The translations under genes were made by a program, and so were the position numbers. Source: Octopus bimaculoides (Eukaryota). From it: a DNA stretch of 64,000 nucleotides. Location of the stretch: positions 16,319,660 to 16,383,659 of the forward strand of contig NC_068990.1 in the NCBI RefSeq assembly GCF_001194135.2, written 5' to 3'. This document shows, one piece after another, positions 12,691 to 25,738 of this stretch. The notes under the pieces are model-generated. The model worked only from the letters and a program-made list of their open reading frames with translations, made no database searches and was not told the DNA's origin. Position 1 is the first letter of the stretch, and each line of letters starts with the position of its first letter.

Positions 12691-15175
12691 ACATACATAT
12701 ACACAGCTACCTCACTTTGAATGTCGCAGTAGTTAATCATACTAAAACATCAAATATTTTGCTTCTGTAGTTTGTTTGTTTAGTTGTTGTGTTCTGTTTT
12801 TATTGTTTATGTTAATATGGTGTATCTTCAAATATTTCAAGATATCATATTTTTATGAACTGTCTTTTTACTCTCTATTCTTTGTCAGTAAATCTGTACA
12901 AGACAAATTATGATTATGTTTGTGAGACTGATTGTGTATGCGAGAAAGAGAGAGAGAGACCATATGTGTATGCGTTGGTGTGAGAGAGAGAGAGACAGTG
13001 ACTGCATCTGTGTTTGTATGTGTGTGTGTGTTATGTCTGTTTATTTAGTAACGATGATCTATGACTTAAATACTAATACTTATCTATTTATCATTGTTCA
13101 CTCTCCCCTTTGTGAAACAAGAATCTGTGTGCAGATGATAAGGTCTGTGTGCTGATGTCACAAGTGTGCATGAGTGTAATGTGTGTACTCTATACACTTT
13201 ATAACTTACAAACATTTTTTGTATCTTTTTACTTATTTTACACTTCCATTTAACAATTTACATATTTGTCATGTTTACAGTCAGGAAGATTTTGTATGTC
13301 TCATTAACATACACTTAAATGCATACATTAACTGTACTGCAAAATAAACACAGACAAAGGAATCTTGTACATCCAGTAGCCTAAATCCCAGCACTATATT
13401 AGGAAGTTATTTTAATTGATGTAGAAACAGAGCATCATACTTTAATGGTGTTACTGATACCATAGAACCAGTTAGTTGTGATTATACTGGAGATACCCAC
13501 TGTCATCAGCATGAGGGATAATAACTAAGAAGTTTGAGTACAGTGATTGCCTGGTCACATAGCCAAACTTTTCTACATGTTTTGTGATCTACCCATGGAA
13601 ATGAGACATCAGCTTACCTGGACAAAAGATCGAAAAAAAAAAATCACCTGTGCCAGCGCCACATAAAAAGCACCCAATACACTGTAAGGGGGTTGGCATT
13701 AGGAAGGGCATCCAGCCGTAGAAACCATGCCAAAAGAGACAACTGGTGCAGCCCTCCAGCTTTCCATCTCCTATTGAGCCATTCAACCCATGGCAACATG
13801 GAGAATTGATGTTAACATAAACCTTTGCATTCATAAGACTGGAGCTTCATCTGGCTTCCATGGCATATAAGTGACCAAGATTACAATGCTCCACCTGCGA
13901 TGGAACATTGGTTTGTTACAAGGTTAACTTCCCAGCTTTTGCTGGAGCTCATTAACAGATGAGTGGACTCAAGCAAAAAGGGAGTGTTTTACTAGTGGTA
14001 GTAATGGCTCCTTTCAGTGTATGAATGTTATTCTTTTATTATAACTTGAACAACAATTATTTTCATTTATTATTTCTATTATTACCAGGTGGTGAGCTTG
14101 CAGAATCGTTAACATGCCAGGTGAAATGCATAGTGGCATTTCATCTATCTTTATGTTCTGAGTTCAAATTCTGCTGAGGTTGACATTGCCTTTCATCCTT
14201 TCGGGGTCAATAAATTAAGAACCAGTCAACTACTGGGGTCAATATAATCGACTATGCACCTCCTCACAAATTCCAGGCTTTTTATTATTATTATTCAGAG
14301 AGCGCATGGCCTAATAGTTAGAGTGTTGCACTCATGATCGCTAGATCATGATTTCAATTCCTAGACTGGGTGGCGCATTGTGATCTTGAGCAAAACACTT
14401 CATCACATGTTGCTCTGCAATCACTTTGACACCTGGCACATGGTATATAGTGCACCTGTATCAGACAATGTCGGTTTGATGGAGAGAGTGAGCTAATGTG
14501 TGGCATGAACATTTAATCCCTATAAACAAATCATTTGTGCAGGTCATTCAGCAAAAGCTGAACACTTGTACATTGTCTCCAGTGGGAGAGTTCATTATCA
14601 TTATTATTATAATTTATTATTATTATTATTACTAAGGCAGTGAGCTGGCAGAATTGTTAACAAACTGGGCAAAAATGCTTGGCAATATTTTATCCATTTT
14701 TATGTTCTGAGTTCAAACTCTGCTGGGGTTGACTTTGCTTTGCATCCTTCTGGGGTTGATAAACTAAGTACCAGTTGATAAAAATAAGTACGAGTCAATG
14801 TAATTAACTAACCTCTTCCCCCTAGATTCCAGGCCTTGTGCCTACAATAGAAAGGAGTGTCATTTCTCCTGAGATATCTATGTCATGCCTCAGGATGTCT
14901 GTTCCATCCCATGGCTTAGAGGTTATTATTATTATTAAGGTAGCAAGCCGGAAGAATCATTAGCATGGTAGACAAAATGCTGCTGAGCATTTTATAAATC
15001 TTTCCTTTCTGAATTCAGATTCCACTGATGTTGATTTTTGTCTTTCATCCCTTTGAGGTTGTTGAAATAAGTACCAGTTAAGCACTGGGGTTGATGTAAT
15101 GGACTTTCTCCTTCCTCCTGAAACTGCTAACCTCGTACCAAAATTTGATGCTACTATTATTATTATTATTATTAC

Positions 15176-15436
15176 GGCGGCGAGCTGGCAGAATCGTTAG
15201 CACGCTGGGCGAAATGCTTAGCGGTATTTCACCTGTTTTTAAGTTCTGAGTTTAAATTCCGCCGAGGTTGACTTTGCCTTTCATCCTTTCAGGGTCGTCC
15301 TTTCAGGGTCGTCCTTTCAGGGTCGTCCTTTCAGGGTCGATAAAATAAGTACCAGTCATGCACGAGGGCCAATGTAATTGATTTAATCCGTTCCCCCAAA
15401 TCTGAGGCCTTGTGCTTCCAGTAGAAAGGATTATTA
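15176..15436 (+). mobile_element. Young tRNA-SINE (CpG intact) of the family with a GACTTTGCCTTTCATCCTTT.GGGGTCGATAAA.TAAGTACCAG central domain; decayed copies at 300-660, 14085-14290, 14635-15160, 25780-26270, 40000-40230, 44600-44780, 57150-57290
   Basis: GGCGAGCTGGCAGAATCGTTAG head, GTTCTGAGTT.AAATTC B-box-like motif and (ATT)n flanks. The central motif recalls conserved metazoan SINE domains; family assignment needs Dfam. Confidence 0.8.
15284..15339 (+). repeat. 14-bp tandem repeat x4 (TCCTTTCAGGGTCG)
   Basis: Four exact copies inside a SINE. Confidence 0.95.
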
Positions 15437-15468
15437 TTTATTTATTTATTTTTCAATTTCTTCCCCAG

Positions 15469-15635
15469 GTCTCAAAAAACCGAAGCAAGAGAACATCGTC
15501 AATGAATCTCTGGTTGGAAGAAAAGGTGTTCCACCCAGGTTTACAACATTCACTCCTTATCCATTCTCTAAACAAGATGGATTAGTTTCAAATGTAATTT
15601 CTGTAGATAAAAATTTACCCCTTGAACAAGGCTGA
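15469..15635 (+). CDS. Sulf1: Candidate main terminal Sulf exon (SLKKPKQENIVNESLVGRKGVPPRFTTFTPYPFSKQDGLVSNVISVDKNLPLEQG*)
   Basis: Acceptor ttcaatttcttccccag; open for 54 codons in the phase required by the 8166-8283 exon; followed by long AT-rich UTR-like sequence. Confidence 0.65.
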
Positions 15636-18600
15636 TAGGAGAAAGGTTTCAGTATAAGGTGGTGCAATTTATTCTATTTTGTTTGTTAGTTAGTTATTTT
15701 CCCAACTATTCTTGATGCTTCCCATAAACCATAATTGCCTCTTTTACTCTTGGATTTTCATTTCTAAGACTATAATTGTTTTTTTATGCAATAATTTTTT
15801 TTTTTCACTTTTACAGGAGAAAAAATTTCAATTTTTTTTTCTTAATGAAAAATCTTAAAAGATTTCTTCATTGTATATTTTTACAGCATGTCAATATTTC
15901 ATGTTAAAGAAAGTGGTGTAGACAGCTTATAGAGAGGAGAGCACTGGAACTAGATGCTTTACTGTAAATTTGTTTGCTCCATCACTAATATTGTTTAAAG
16001 TTTGAAATCTGAATTTCCACCAGGGCCAACTTTGCCTTTCACCCCTTCTTGAAGGTTGATAAAACAAAGTACCAGTATTAGACTAGAGTCAAATTAATTG
16101 AATTTACTTGGAAAAAAAAAAAAAGCAAGAATTTGATATTTCATATAAGGAGAAGGGGACTGGAAACTAATCTTTTAAAGTCACTCTCTTTTACTCATCT
16201 GCCATCCATCCATTCATTTATCTAGCTATGTCTCTTTTCTCCTTCCTTCTCCCTTGTCATTAAATATTGTGTTGAAATAATGATTGATCAAAACGGTTTT
16301 GTTTGGTATGAAACATTAAGAAAAATCTATTTTTGTTTTTATCAACTTCACTGAAAATCTTTTATTTATTTATTTGTCTTCTTAACCCACTGACTTTTGT
16401 TTATATCCATTATAAAGGGTCTTCAAAATTTACTATCTCTATACAAAATATAAGTTACTTCTGTACCAGTTTATATCTTGGCTGTTCACTCAGAAATTTG
16501 ATATATTCACGGTTACATTCTTGTTAGAAGAAACTATTAGAGTGTGACTCAAGTGACTAAGTTCACCACTTGCTGTTAAATTCGTAGCTGTTTTACTAAT
16601 TATTCTATCTATAAACTACCATAGCTTTAAAACAAAAATTCAACTTCCTCCTTACATATTGTTTAATTCATATCAAAAATACAATCCTTTTGAGAACCAA
16701 CCTACTGGAGAATGTTCAAAGTTCATTAATAAAAAAAACTGCTTGTTTTAAAGTGTTTATATACAAATTAAAACTCATCATTTTTATGCAACTTTTGGTT
16801 ATGTTCCAAACATCAGCTTAATACCAATAAATATTTTGTTAGTAAATCATTCTAGATCCTTTAATTATTTAAAAAAATTAATTATAAAATATTGTCATAG
16901 AAGATTTAAATTTTCTTTCCAGCATACAAATAATTACAATTTAGCAACACCTTTCCAGTAAATTCCATAATTATCTGCCTTAGTTTTATATGTTGGATCA
17001 TAGATTGAAGCTCTAAGAAAAATGAATTATCAAGGAGGAACGTCATCTGTACTCTTTTAAAATTCACAAGACGCTCTTCTTTGTATTCATAATTTTCTGG
17101 CTAAAAGTATCTTTCCCAAGAAATTATATTAATTATATAATATCTAGAGAGTAATATCTGATTGTTGTGTTCTTTAATGGCAACAAACAACAGCAATCAG
17201 ATATACATATTGAATCTGCTAGAACATATTAAGAATGAATAGATGCATTATTGTTTGGATCCACACTGTTCTGCAGGCACCCCATGAATTTTTGTTTGGT
17301 AGACATAAACCAGCAAATGATTTGTTTGCTGATTCCTATGAACAAGAGCTAGTGCTCTTGTTAAATTCATTGGTTCAGTGGGGTAGCTTTGACTGATGAG
17401 ACATAAGGTTGAAACACCAAAGTAATCTCATAGTCCCCTTACACCAGTGAATTGTATGTGCTATGAACACACATTGTCTAAAGGGAGGAGATGTTCCCTC
17501 ATGCCAAACAACAGTAATCAGACATTCACATTCGAATTTGCCAGAACATAAGAATGAATAGAAATTAAGAAAATGATCTAAATTGAAAATTCCATCAAAA
17601 GTTCATGTTAGTTAATATTTCCAAAACCAGTTTATTAATGACAATTATTTTACTAAATTCTTCATTAATTTCAAAATTGATACAAACGCAATGTTTCAAC
17701 AGAAATATGATAACAAAATGCTTACACAGACTTATGTTCAAAGGTATCCCAGCCATGACTATCCAGTCACTTTTTTATCACAGTAAACCCCAGATTACAT
17801 CATCCAGTGATGGTAGGGTTTGGTTTCACCCTTTTGCACAAGATTGCTTGAGATTGCTCCTAGTTCTATGATACAAACTTCCTGTTTTTAAAGTGATTTA
17901 AATTAAACACTTCCATCAGAATTTCATATTAGTTTATGTTTCAAACAAAGTTATTTTAGTAAATTCTTCATTACTGTCAAGATTAATTGATATGGAGGCA
18001 GTGTTTCAAAAGAAATATGATAACAAAAGGGTTAAAGGAAGTTTTAAATTTAAGTACTGTAAAGGTGATGACTGTTTGATCTGAAATCTTCAGATTCTCA
18101 TTTCAGACTTTAGTTTATCTGACGAGATGTTAAAGAAATTAAGATAGTATCAGCACATGACTGAGGCTATATTAAATTCAATATGGTGGAGAGCTATTAG
18201 CTTATAGCTGTGAAGAACTATTCAGATTTATGTTAACAATTTGGTTGCACAAATCATCATACTTAGGAATCCTCAGTAACTCTAAATGTAAAATAATTTT
18301 TTTATAACACTAGTATAATTAGTCTAATATTAGTTTGCTTTAAATAGCAAAACTGAAAAAGAGTTTTCTCTCTGATGGTCTGTTCCTCATTACAGTGCAT
18401 AATGAATGTTTTTAGGTGACAGATTTAAGATTTAAACCAAAATATGATAAAATAAATGAAAAGCAACATCAAAAAATATAATTAAGTCCTAATTACTTAA
18501 TATCAGTAAGTTCTTTGATCTTTCTATTTTTTCAATGATATATATATATATAGCTTTTTGTTTTAAGGTGTCTGTCAAATGATTATTTGAAGCAACCATA

Positions 18601-19730
18601 AAGATAATTGCCATATTAATTAATTGCAAGCATTTTCTTCATCAACATTCAGAAGAAGCTTGATGTAAAAAAACAAAAAAATGTTCACAGTGCAATGATA
18701 AACTAATTATGTGTATTAATGATAAGTATCTGAAAATATATATATTAGCATCTTTTTGTTCCATTTAACTAATTCCAGCTCCTTGGTTACTTTCAAGGAT
18801 TATGTAAATAGTCACTTTTAGGATTGCTGTAAAAATAAAATAAAAGATTCTGCATGACAGATAGTGTATTGGGTTAACGCCAGTTTGGAATTAGAAAACT
18901 GAACAAAAGAAAAAAAGAAGAAAAATTGAAACCAATTGATTAATAATAGTGAATGCCGAACTATCAAAATGTTATGTAATAGGAAGGCTGCTGATTATTA
19001 AATGACGATCTTAAAAATACAAACAAATCAATGATTAGTATGTAATTTGGGGCAAAATGTGGGAGTTTTATAAATATATATACATATATATATTTTTACA
19101 TATACAAATATGCTGTTGATATTTTTTTTTCTTGGTTTCTCACAGCCAATAATTTTTTATATTATATAAATTTTTTTATTATTATTATAATTATTTTAAA
19201 AATTCTGTAAAAATACCATTGTAATTGTTTTTTTTATATTTGTATTTAAATGTGAACTCTACATATCTTTAAAACAAAAGAAATTTAACTTTTTTTTTGC
19301 ATTGCGATATTGAAAATAAAAATGTGATTTTTTTTTTTTAAGAATTCCATGTAATTTTCATTATTGATGTTTGAAGATCTCTTCTTTTTTTTTTGAGTTG
19401 AAAACTACTAAAGATTAATTCAAATGAAATTATTATTTCCAAATGTCTTTGTTTCTTGTTGTTGACGAACTGTGTGAAGGTTGTATAAGAGGTAAATGCT
19501 TTAATATACAAATCCTCACAAATAAAATGGTGCTGATGGCTCCATTCAATTTAATGCTTCTTTTTTTAATATCTTTTGTTCCTTTTTTTCAGTAACAAAT
19601 AATTTTGTTGTTGACTACACTCCCCCTCCCCCCCTGTTTGGTTAACAGATGTATGGATTATATGTTTTGCTTTGTTAGTGGACATGGTCCTGTTTTAAAA
19701 TAATAAAAGCAACTAATGAAGACTAACTTG
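15636..19730 (+). other. Putative long Sulf 3' UTR
   Basis: No ORF, many T tracts, and few recognisable repeats from about 18300; several AATAAA, the last at 19702-19707. Confidence 0.4.
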
Positions 19731-21129
19731 TCAAGCATATTCATGTTAACTTAATTGTCAGTTAAATCCAGAGAATATATTGACAAAAAGTCATTTTCAT
19801 TTTCAGGTTTTCTTCTGATATTTCAAAGTATGGTGTCTGTGTAGATACGTATATGTGTCACCATTATTGCAACGATAGGGGCTAGCATCTTTCCCAATAT
19901 CACTTCTTGCAGTGCTAAGCCATAAATATTGCATTGTACTTTCTATGCACATTTCTCAGCAGCTTTGTATATTTTGCATTTCAATAACAACTTGAGAAAG
20001 CCTCTTCATGTCTGCCTTGGCTCAAGGAGATTTCCTACAGTGAGACAAATACAAATGTTTGCAAGAAAAGTAATATTCCCCCCATGGTCAGGTAAGTTTT
20101 CACAGAAGATGGGGGAATATGCACTATCTGTATAATGACAATACTTATTGGCAACAACAATGTGATGCAAAAACAGAAGACATACAAAAATTATACATAT
20201 ATATAGAAAATGAGAAATAATAGGCTTAATATTGCTTTCAAAAGCATAAGTGGTTCCAAGAAAAGTGAAATAGTTTTGACCAGTGAAAGAATGCTGTGGC
20301 ATTAGTTTTCCCAGAACTTCCTCATGCTTTACAACACTTGCCACATTAAAGTGGTTAATACTAAATTATTTTTTCTTTGTGGATTGATCAACAATAATCA
20401 CAAACAGTTGACCGGTCTATTGATACCAAGACAATGAAAAATGGGAACTGTGACTGACATTCAGACTTTTTCCAAAAAGATAGTAATAATGAAGGGGTGT
20501 TACAAATGATATTAGAAACTGGATTGCAGAATCTGTTCACTGCAAGCTCAGAACTGTTAGAGCTAGAAGTAAAATGTTAAAAGCATAATGTTTGTATTTT
20601 ATGTAAATGTGCCTGCATTGAATAGACATGGGAGGTGAGATGAAATATTTGATATGGTTAAGCAGTTTGCTTACCAACTTACGGTTATAGATTCAGTACC
20701 ACATTTGTCTATCTCTATACTAATTGTTGTTCTTTTTTAAAGTGATGTCAAGACTCTAGAGATGACCGAAATACCATAAGCTTTACTGTACCTACAGCTG
20801 TTGAGGTGGGAATAACATGACGTTAATGATTCCGATCAAGGGAGAGAAGTCCGAAGTTCAAATTAAATATTGAACAGGAGGTGAATACAATGTTGAATAA
20901 ATCTGACCTTAGTCTGATAAAGCAACCACTTATGAGAACTTGGATCTAAGATGGCTTAAACAGAAATTACCTTAGGATGTCTTCTAAATGAAGTCTAGTA
21001 TTTCACTGTTTTGTTTTTAATATCTTTCACTTGGTGTCCACTTTTAAGTGGATAATTCATGCTTCAAATAAAAAAAAAAGGAGAATTTGGTCTGTATTAG
21101 AAAGAAATTTGTAATGAAAGTGGTAGAGA

Positions 21130-21588
21130 TGATGACTTAAAAATTACACAGTAATTAATATATGGGTAGTAACATTAACATCAAGAGGACAAAACAACTA
21201 CACCTTAAAAATTATCGCAGCACTACAGAAGTGAGTTGCCTCCCCTCATTCAGAGTAATTTAGTTATCTCCCATGAAAATATGACTCAAATTACGGGAGA
21301 TAACTGCGTTCGTTACAGTTGCTACTTTCGAGCTAAGTCTTAAAAATGATTAAAAAGCACACTGAATAGAAATACAAGAGAGCCACATCTGGAATACTTT
21401 TTAATCTGTTAGTCTACTCTATTTCTAAAGCATTAAGTCTTTCTTCAATACTTTCATTTGTATTACGTAAGTAAAATTCAGTCTAATTTTCAAGTCTGCA
21501 GAGAAGTAGGTGTTGTCTGGTTCTCGGTGGCTGACTTATGACTAAACAACAACTCTATGCTTCAGCAATTCTGAACATGAAAGTAAGT
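21130..21588 (+). promoter_or_regulatory. Mildly CpG-enriched unique region ending in ATG AAA|gtaagt (candidate first exon)
   Basis: About 7 CG in 400 nt; ATG at 21577 and a consensus donor at 21583. Confidence 0.3.
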
Positions 21589-21689
21589 TTCCAAATATCA
21601 TGGGTCTGCACTATTTTTTCTTGTAGCAACATCAAGGAAGATTAACTGGGAAGATAGCTTTCATGTGCAGCAGATGCACAGGGGCAATA

Positions 21690-22330
21690 AACACCACAGA
21701 TACTCAGAAAACAGATTCCATCACATGCCAGGGGGAGAAACCGGAAGTAGTTGATACCTTCTGCTACCTAGGTGACCAAGTCTGTAGTTGGGGTGGATGC
21801 TCAGAGAATAGCTACTAGAATAAGAATAGCCTGGGCAAAGTTCGGAAAGCTTCTACCCCTACTGGTGACAAAGGGCCTCTTGCTCAAAGTGAAAGGAAGA
21901 TTGTACTATGCATGTGTGCGAACTGCCATGCTTCACGACAGTGGAGCATAGGCCATGACTGCTGAAGACATACATAGGCTCGAAAGAAATGAAGCTAGTA
22001 TGATCTGCTGGATGTATAATGTCAGTGTGCACACACAACAGAGTGTAAGCAGCTCGAGAGAAATGTTGGACATTAGAAGCATCAGATGCGGTGTGCAAGA
22101 GAGACATTTGCGTTGGTATGGTCATGTACTATGGATGGATGAGAAGAGCTGTGTGAAGAAGTGTCACTCCCAAACAGTGGGAGGAATCCGGGGTAGAGGG
22201 AGACCAAGGAAGACATGGGATGAGGTGGTGAAGCATGATCTTCGAACGTTGGGCCTCACAGAGGCAATGACAAAAGACTGAGACCTCTGAAGATATACTG
22301 TGACTGCGAAGACCCGGCAAATAAAGCAAG
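21690..22330 (+). mobile_element. RTE-clade LINE 3' fragment (RT C-terminus)
   Basis: Peptides FCYLGD, RIAWAKF, ERNEASMICWM, LRWYGHVLWM, RGRGRPRKTWDEVV; stops present. Confidence 0.9.
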
Positions 22331-22399
22331 TTCACAGCTGTATCCTACACCAGTTTCGCATAACCAGCTCACTCAAAAGTACCTTGGATCGTAGGGCAA

Positions 22400-22710
22400 C
22401 ATGTTGTACTTGAGGAGACCTATTGAGTCAAGTACATCAGCATCAAAATCAAATGGAAATTGTAGCTGTGATCCCTGTGCCGGTGGCACATAAAAAGCAG
22501 CATCCGAACGTGGCCGATGCCTGGCCCCTGTGCTGGTGGCATGTAAAAAAAGCACCCACTACACACTCGGAGTGGTTGGTGTTAGGAAGGGCATCCAGCT
22601 GTAGAAACACTGCCAGATCAGACTGGAGCCTGGTGCAGCCTCCTGGCTTCCCAGACCCCTGTCTAACCCATACCAGCATGGAAAACGGATGTTAAACGAT
22701 GATGATGATG
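22400..22710 (+). mobile_element. RTE-associated 3' repeat (GGCACATAAAAAGCACC modules, (GAT)n tail); related copies at 1500-1660, 13640-13810, 31980-32160, 33960-34140, 43380-43570, 54230-54420, 61400-61620, 62930-63100
   Basis: Directly follows the RTE ORF end; shared AGGAAGGGCATCCAGC.GTAGAAAC...CCAGCATGGAAAA.GGA.GTTAAA tail. Confidence 0.75.
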
Positions 22711-22744
22711 TCTACAAGTAATAGAAACACTGAATTTAAAAATT

Positions 22745-22960
22745 TTGCCCCAAAGTTGTTATTGGAAAGATAAAGGATAATCTTTTGTACTTCTACAAAG
22801 TCAGCCGCTGGACGTCAACGCTTGAGTGTGTTAACACCTAGACAAGTAAGACGTTCAGAGCAATGGAGGGCATTCATCTGGCTGCACATTTCTGGACAAC
22901 TTCCAGTAGATTGGATATTCTAGACAAGATACTGGTACCAAATGCAAACCATAACTGTAA
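22745..22960 (-). mobile_element. CR1/L2-like LINE RT 3' remnant
   Basis: Minus translation LLEVVQKCAAR*...SERLTCLGVNTLKR*RPAADFVEVQKII resembles LExVQRRAT...ERLxxLGLxTLxxRRLxADLIEVYKII. Confidence 0.65.
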
Positions 22961-23695
22961 ACATACCATAACCATCATTCAACTACAGTAGTAGTAGAAT
23001 AATATTCTTAAGGCTGCAATTTACTCACATGCAGCATCTTTCAGAGCTTGTTGCTCATTCAGTTCTTAACCAAATTGAAAACTTAACATTTTTGAAGATG
23101 GCTGGTCCCCAGCCATTTTGAAAAGCCATATTTTGACGTTAAAAAAAAATTGAGATTTGATCCAGTAAAAAAAAATTTACATAAGAATTTGTAGCAACAT
23201 TATAGGACAGTAAGTAATGCCACCAATCAAGTTTAGATCTAAATAACTTTTTATTTTAAAAGCAAAATATATTTATCTTAGCTTCAAGGATAGAAGAAAG
23301 CATGGAGAATTTTATAGTTTTGGTCTCATGCAACAAAAATTTGTATCAAAAAAGTTGTGAGGTAAAATATCATGAAAAAAAAAATATAAGGAAGAAAAAA
23401 ATATTAAAAATTATTTTAAAAACAAACTATATTTTAATTAAGCTTAAATGATAGAGCTCAATTCAAGGAATTTCATGGCATCAATCTCATGCAATGAAGT
23501 TTTAAAAGAAAAAAGTTATGAGTGCTTGTTTCTGAATCTTGAGGGTGATAATATAGTTCTATGCTTTTTTATGAATATAGTTCTATAAGGGGACTTTTAT
23601 ATATGTCACCGGTAAGGACATAATTATCAATGATATCGCTAATTGACACATTATTAATTACCATAATAGCATAGCCTGGAAAAAAACATGGATTA

Positions 23696-24553
23696 CAAGG
23701 AAAAATGCGAGCAAGAGAAATAATATTCTTAACATTATAAACCTGGAAAATTATAGGACAGGTTATTACACTTGGAAAAGTTCAGGACAACTTATTATAT
23801 CTCATAAAGTACAGAACAAGAAAATTTTTACTTAAAATATTGCAGCTAAGGATAAAATCTGAATATTAAAAATCATTTGATTTTAATTTACAAATTAACA
23901 TTATAGTTAAAAAAAGGTACCATCATTTTGTTAAAATACTGGCACACCAGAATACTTTAAAAAATGAGAGCCAGAAGTACCAGTATAGCTAAAATTTTAT
24001 CCAAAGTAGAAAAGTATATATGGTAGGCAAATTCATTATGTAAAAAAATAGGCATTGGCTCAAGACTAAAAATGTGAAAACTTGGCAATAATTCAAGCAA
24101 ATTTTACTGTGAATTTGTTATAGGTAGATTTTACTGTAATATATAACTAATTTTTGTATTATTCTATTTATTGTACTAACTAATTATGTACAACTATTTT
24201 TTATAACCTATTTTCAAATTTCTGATTATTAATTAATAATTCAAAAACTGAATTTTTTAAAGTGCAAAAAATATTTTGAGTTATTTTTATTAGAAGTAAC
24301 AAGTAATAACAAATAGAAGTAATAACCTGTAATAAAACTTTTAGTTTTAATATAAGCTAATATTTTCTAAATCTAAATATTTTATTTGAAATTTTATTCT
24401 TAGCTGCAATATTTTAAGTAAGAATTTTCTTGTTCTGTACTTTACCAGATGTAATAAGTTGTACTGAACTTTTCCAAGTGTAATAACCTGTCCTGTAATT
24501 TTCCAGGTTTATAATGTTAAGAGTATTATTCCTCTTGCTCACATTTTTCCATG
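23696..24553. mobile_element. 858-bp non-autonomous DNA element with about 165-bp TIRs and TTA target duplication (PIF/Harbinger-like)
   Basis: 23696-23859 is the reverse complement of 24391-24553 (about 90% by eye); TTA at 23693-23695 and 24554-24556. Confidence 0.75.
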
Positions 24554-25472
24554 TTATATAACTTTGAATAGATAGCCAACACACAGTATATAACATAGAA
24601 GCATGGTTGTGCAGTTAAGAATTTCACTTCTCAACTTTGTGATTTCAGAGTTGATTGCATTGAATGGTAGGGAGGTTGAGCAAGTCTCATTGGGACATTA
24701 ACATGAAGTTTTGATGGGCTGTTTTAATTTAGAACACTTTAAAACAGGAATTTTGTATCATAGAACCAGAATAGCATCAAAAAGGCTTACATGATATTTC
24801 AACAAAAGTTTTTAACTTAGATTACTTAAAAACAGTAAGTTTGTATCACATAATCATGGACAAGTTCATGTTAATATAAAAAAAAAAGGGTAAGAGTGAC
24901 ATTTGCTGGATGGAAACTGGAAGCCAAAGAAAGAAACACTGTTTTCCAATGCTTGACTTTATTTAGTGTTTGGTTTAAAGCCACCACCTAACTTTTGGGT
25001 ATCATGAATTTCCTCAACTCTGTTACAAATATCTGAGCCAAATGCCTAGTCTCAGGATAACTTCTTCACACCTCCCATCACTCTTGGAGGCCCTAAAAGA
25101 AGTGTCAAGAATATTAAACCTTCTGACTAAGCCATATCAAAATTTTATGGTTGAGTTTCAAAGCAGAGGTTGCTATAAATATGTAATATATTGGATTCAA
25201 GAACTATCTTAAAGATCAAAAGCTTCCTGCATGATTTCACATTTCATAGGTAGTCTGATCTATTTGCCTTCCAAGGTTTTTTTTTTTTTACCTAATATAT
25301 TTCGTATTCAAATTTTTTTTTATGATGATGATTCCTGAGTTTTATCTATGGTAGCAAAAACATATTACTAAAGTTACCTGTCATAATCAAGCGGTATTAA
25401 CTGCAAAACATTCAGTTGGTTACCTGTTATCAAAACAATATCAAACAAACCAACATACCAAAATCTAAAAGC

Positions 25473-25738
25473 TCAGAGATGGATGGTTGTCGAGGGCCGC
25501 CTCAGAGTAGAGTTATTCAACCTGTGTGACTGTTTCTTAGAATCTGTTTTTGGTCTGCAGTAATCCATTTCCTGTTTCCATCCTGGGATATAGCTGTTCT
25601 TTAACGTCTGCTCAAGGAGTCTTTGCTCTTCAAAAACATTCCGTCCATTAGCCAACCAAAAATGACCAGACTGTAGATTAACATATTTTCCTTCTACACA
25701 TGTTTTCACACCAATCTTGGAATCAGAAGGGATTTCAT
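25473..25738 (-). CDS. Terminal coding exon of uncharacterised minus-strand gene (EIPSDSKIGVKTCVEGKYVNLQSGHFWLANGRNVFEEQRLLEQTLKNSYIPGWKQEMDYCRPKTDSKKQSHRLNNSTLRRPSTTIHL*)
   Basis: Acceptor ttaatcctttttcag; open 87 codons to TGA; phase-1 entry matches the exit of exon 32207-32385. Confidence 0.75.

Noticed and set aside
17210-17565. Two copies of a 35-bp motif (GAAT.TGC.AGAACATA..AAGAATGAATAGA) about 320 bp apart
   Set aside because: Too short and degenerate to call LTRs or a TSD; probably internal to an old repeat.
20041-20091. Plus-strand exon-like segment with a gtaagt donor
   Set aside because: Derived from the SINE motif GCAAGGTAATATTTCCCCATGG; no partner exons.
19800-20344. Minus-strand ORFs and an acceptor near 20035
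   Set aside because: All frames hit stops within about 50 codons and no recognisable protein emerges.
23029-23064. 36-nt minus exon candidate (LNEQQALKDAA) with a gtgagt donor
   Set aside because: Weak acceptor; lies beyond the stop of the minus gene, between TE remnants.
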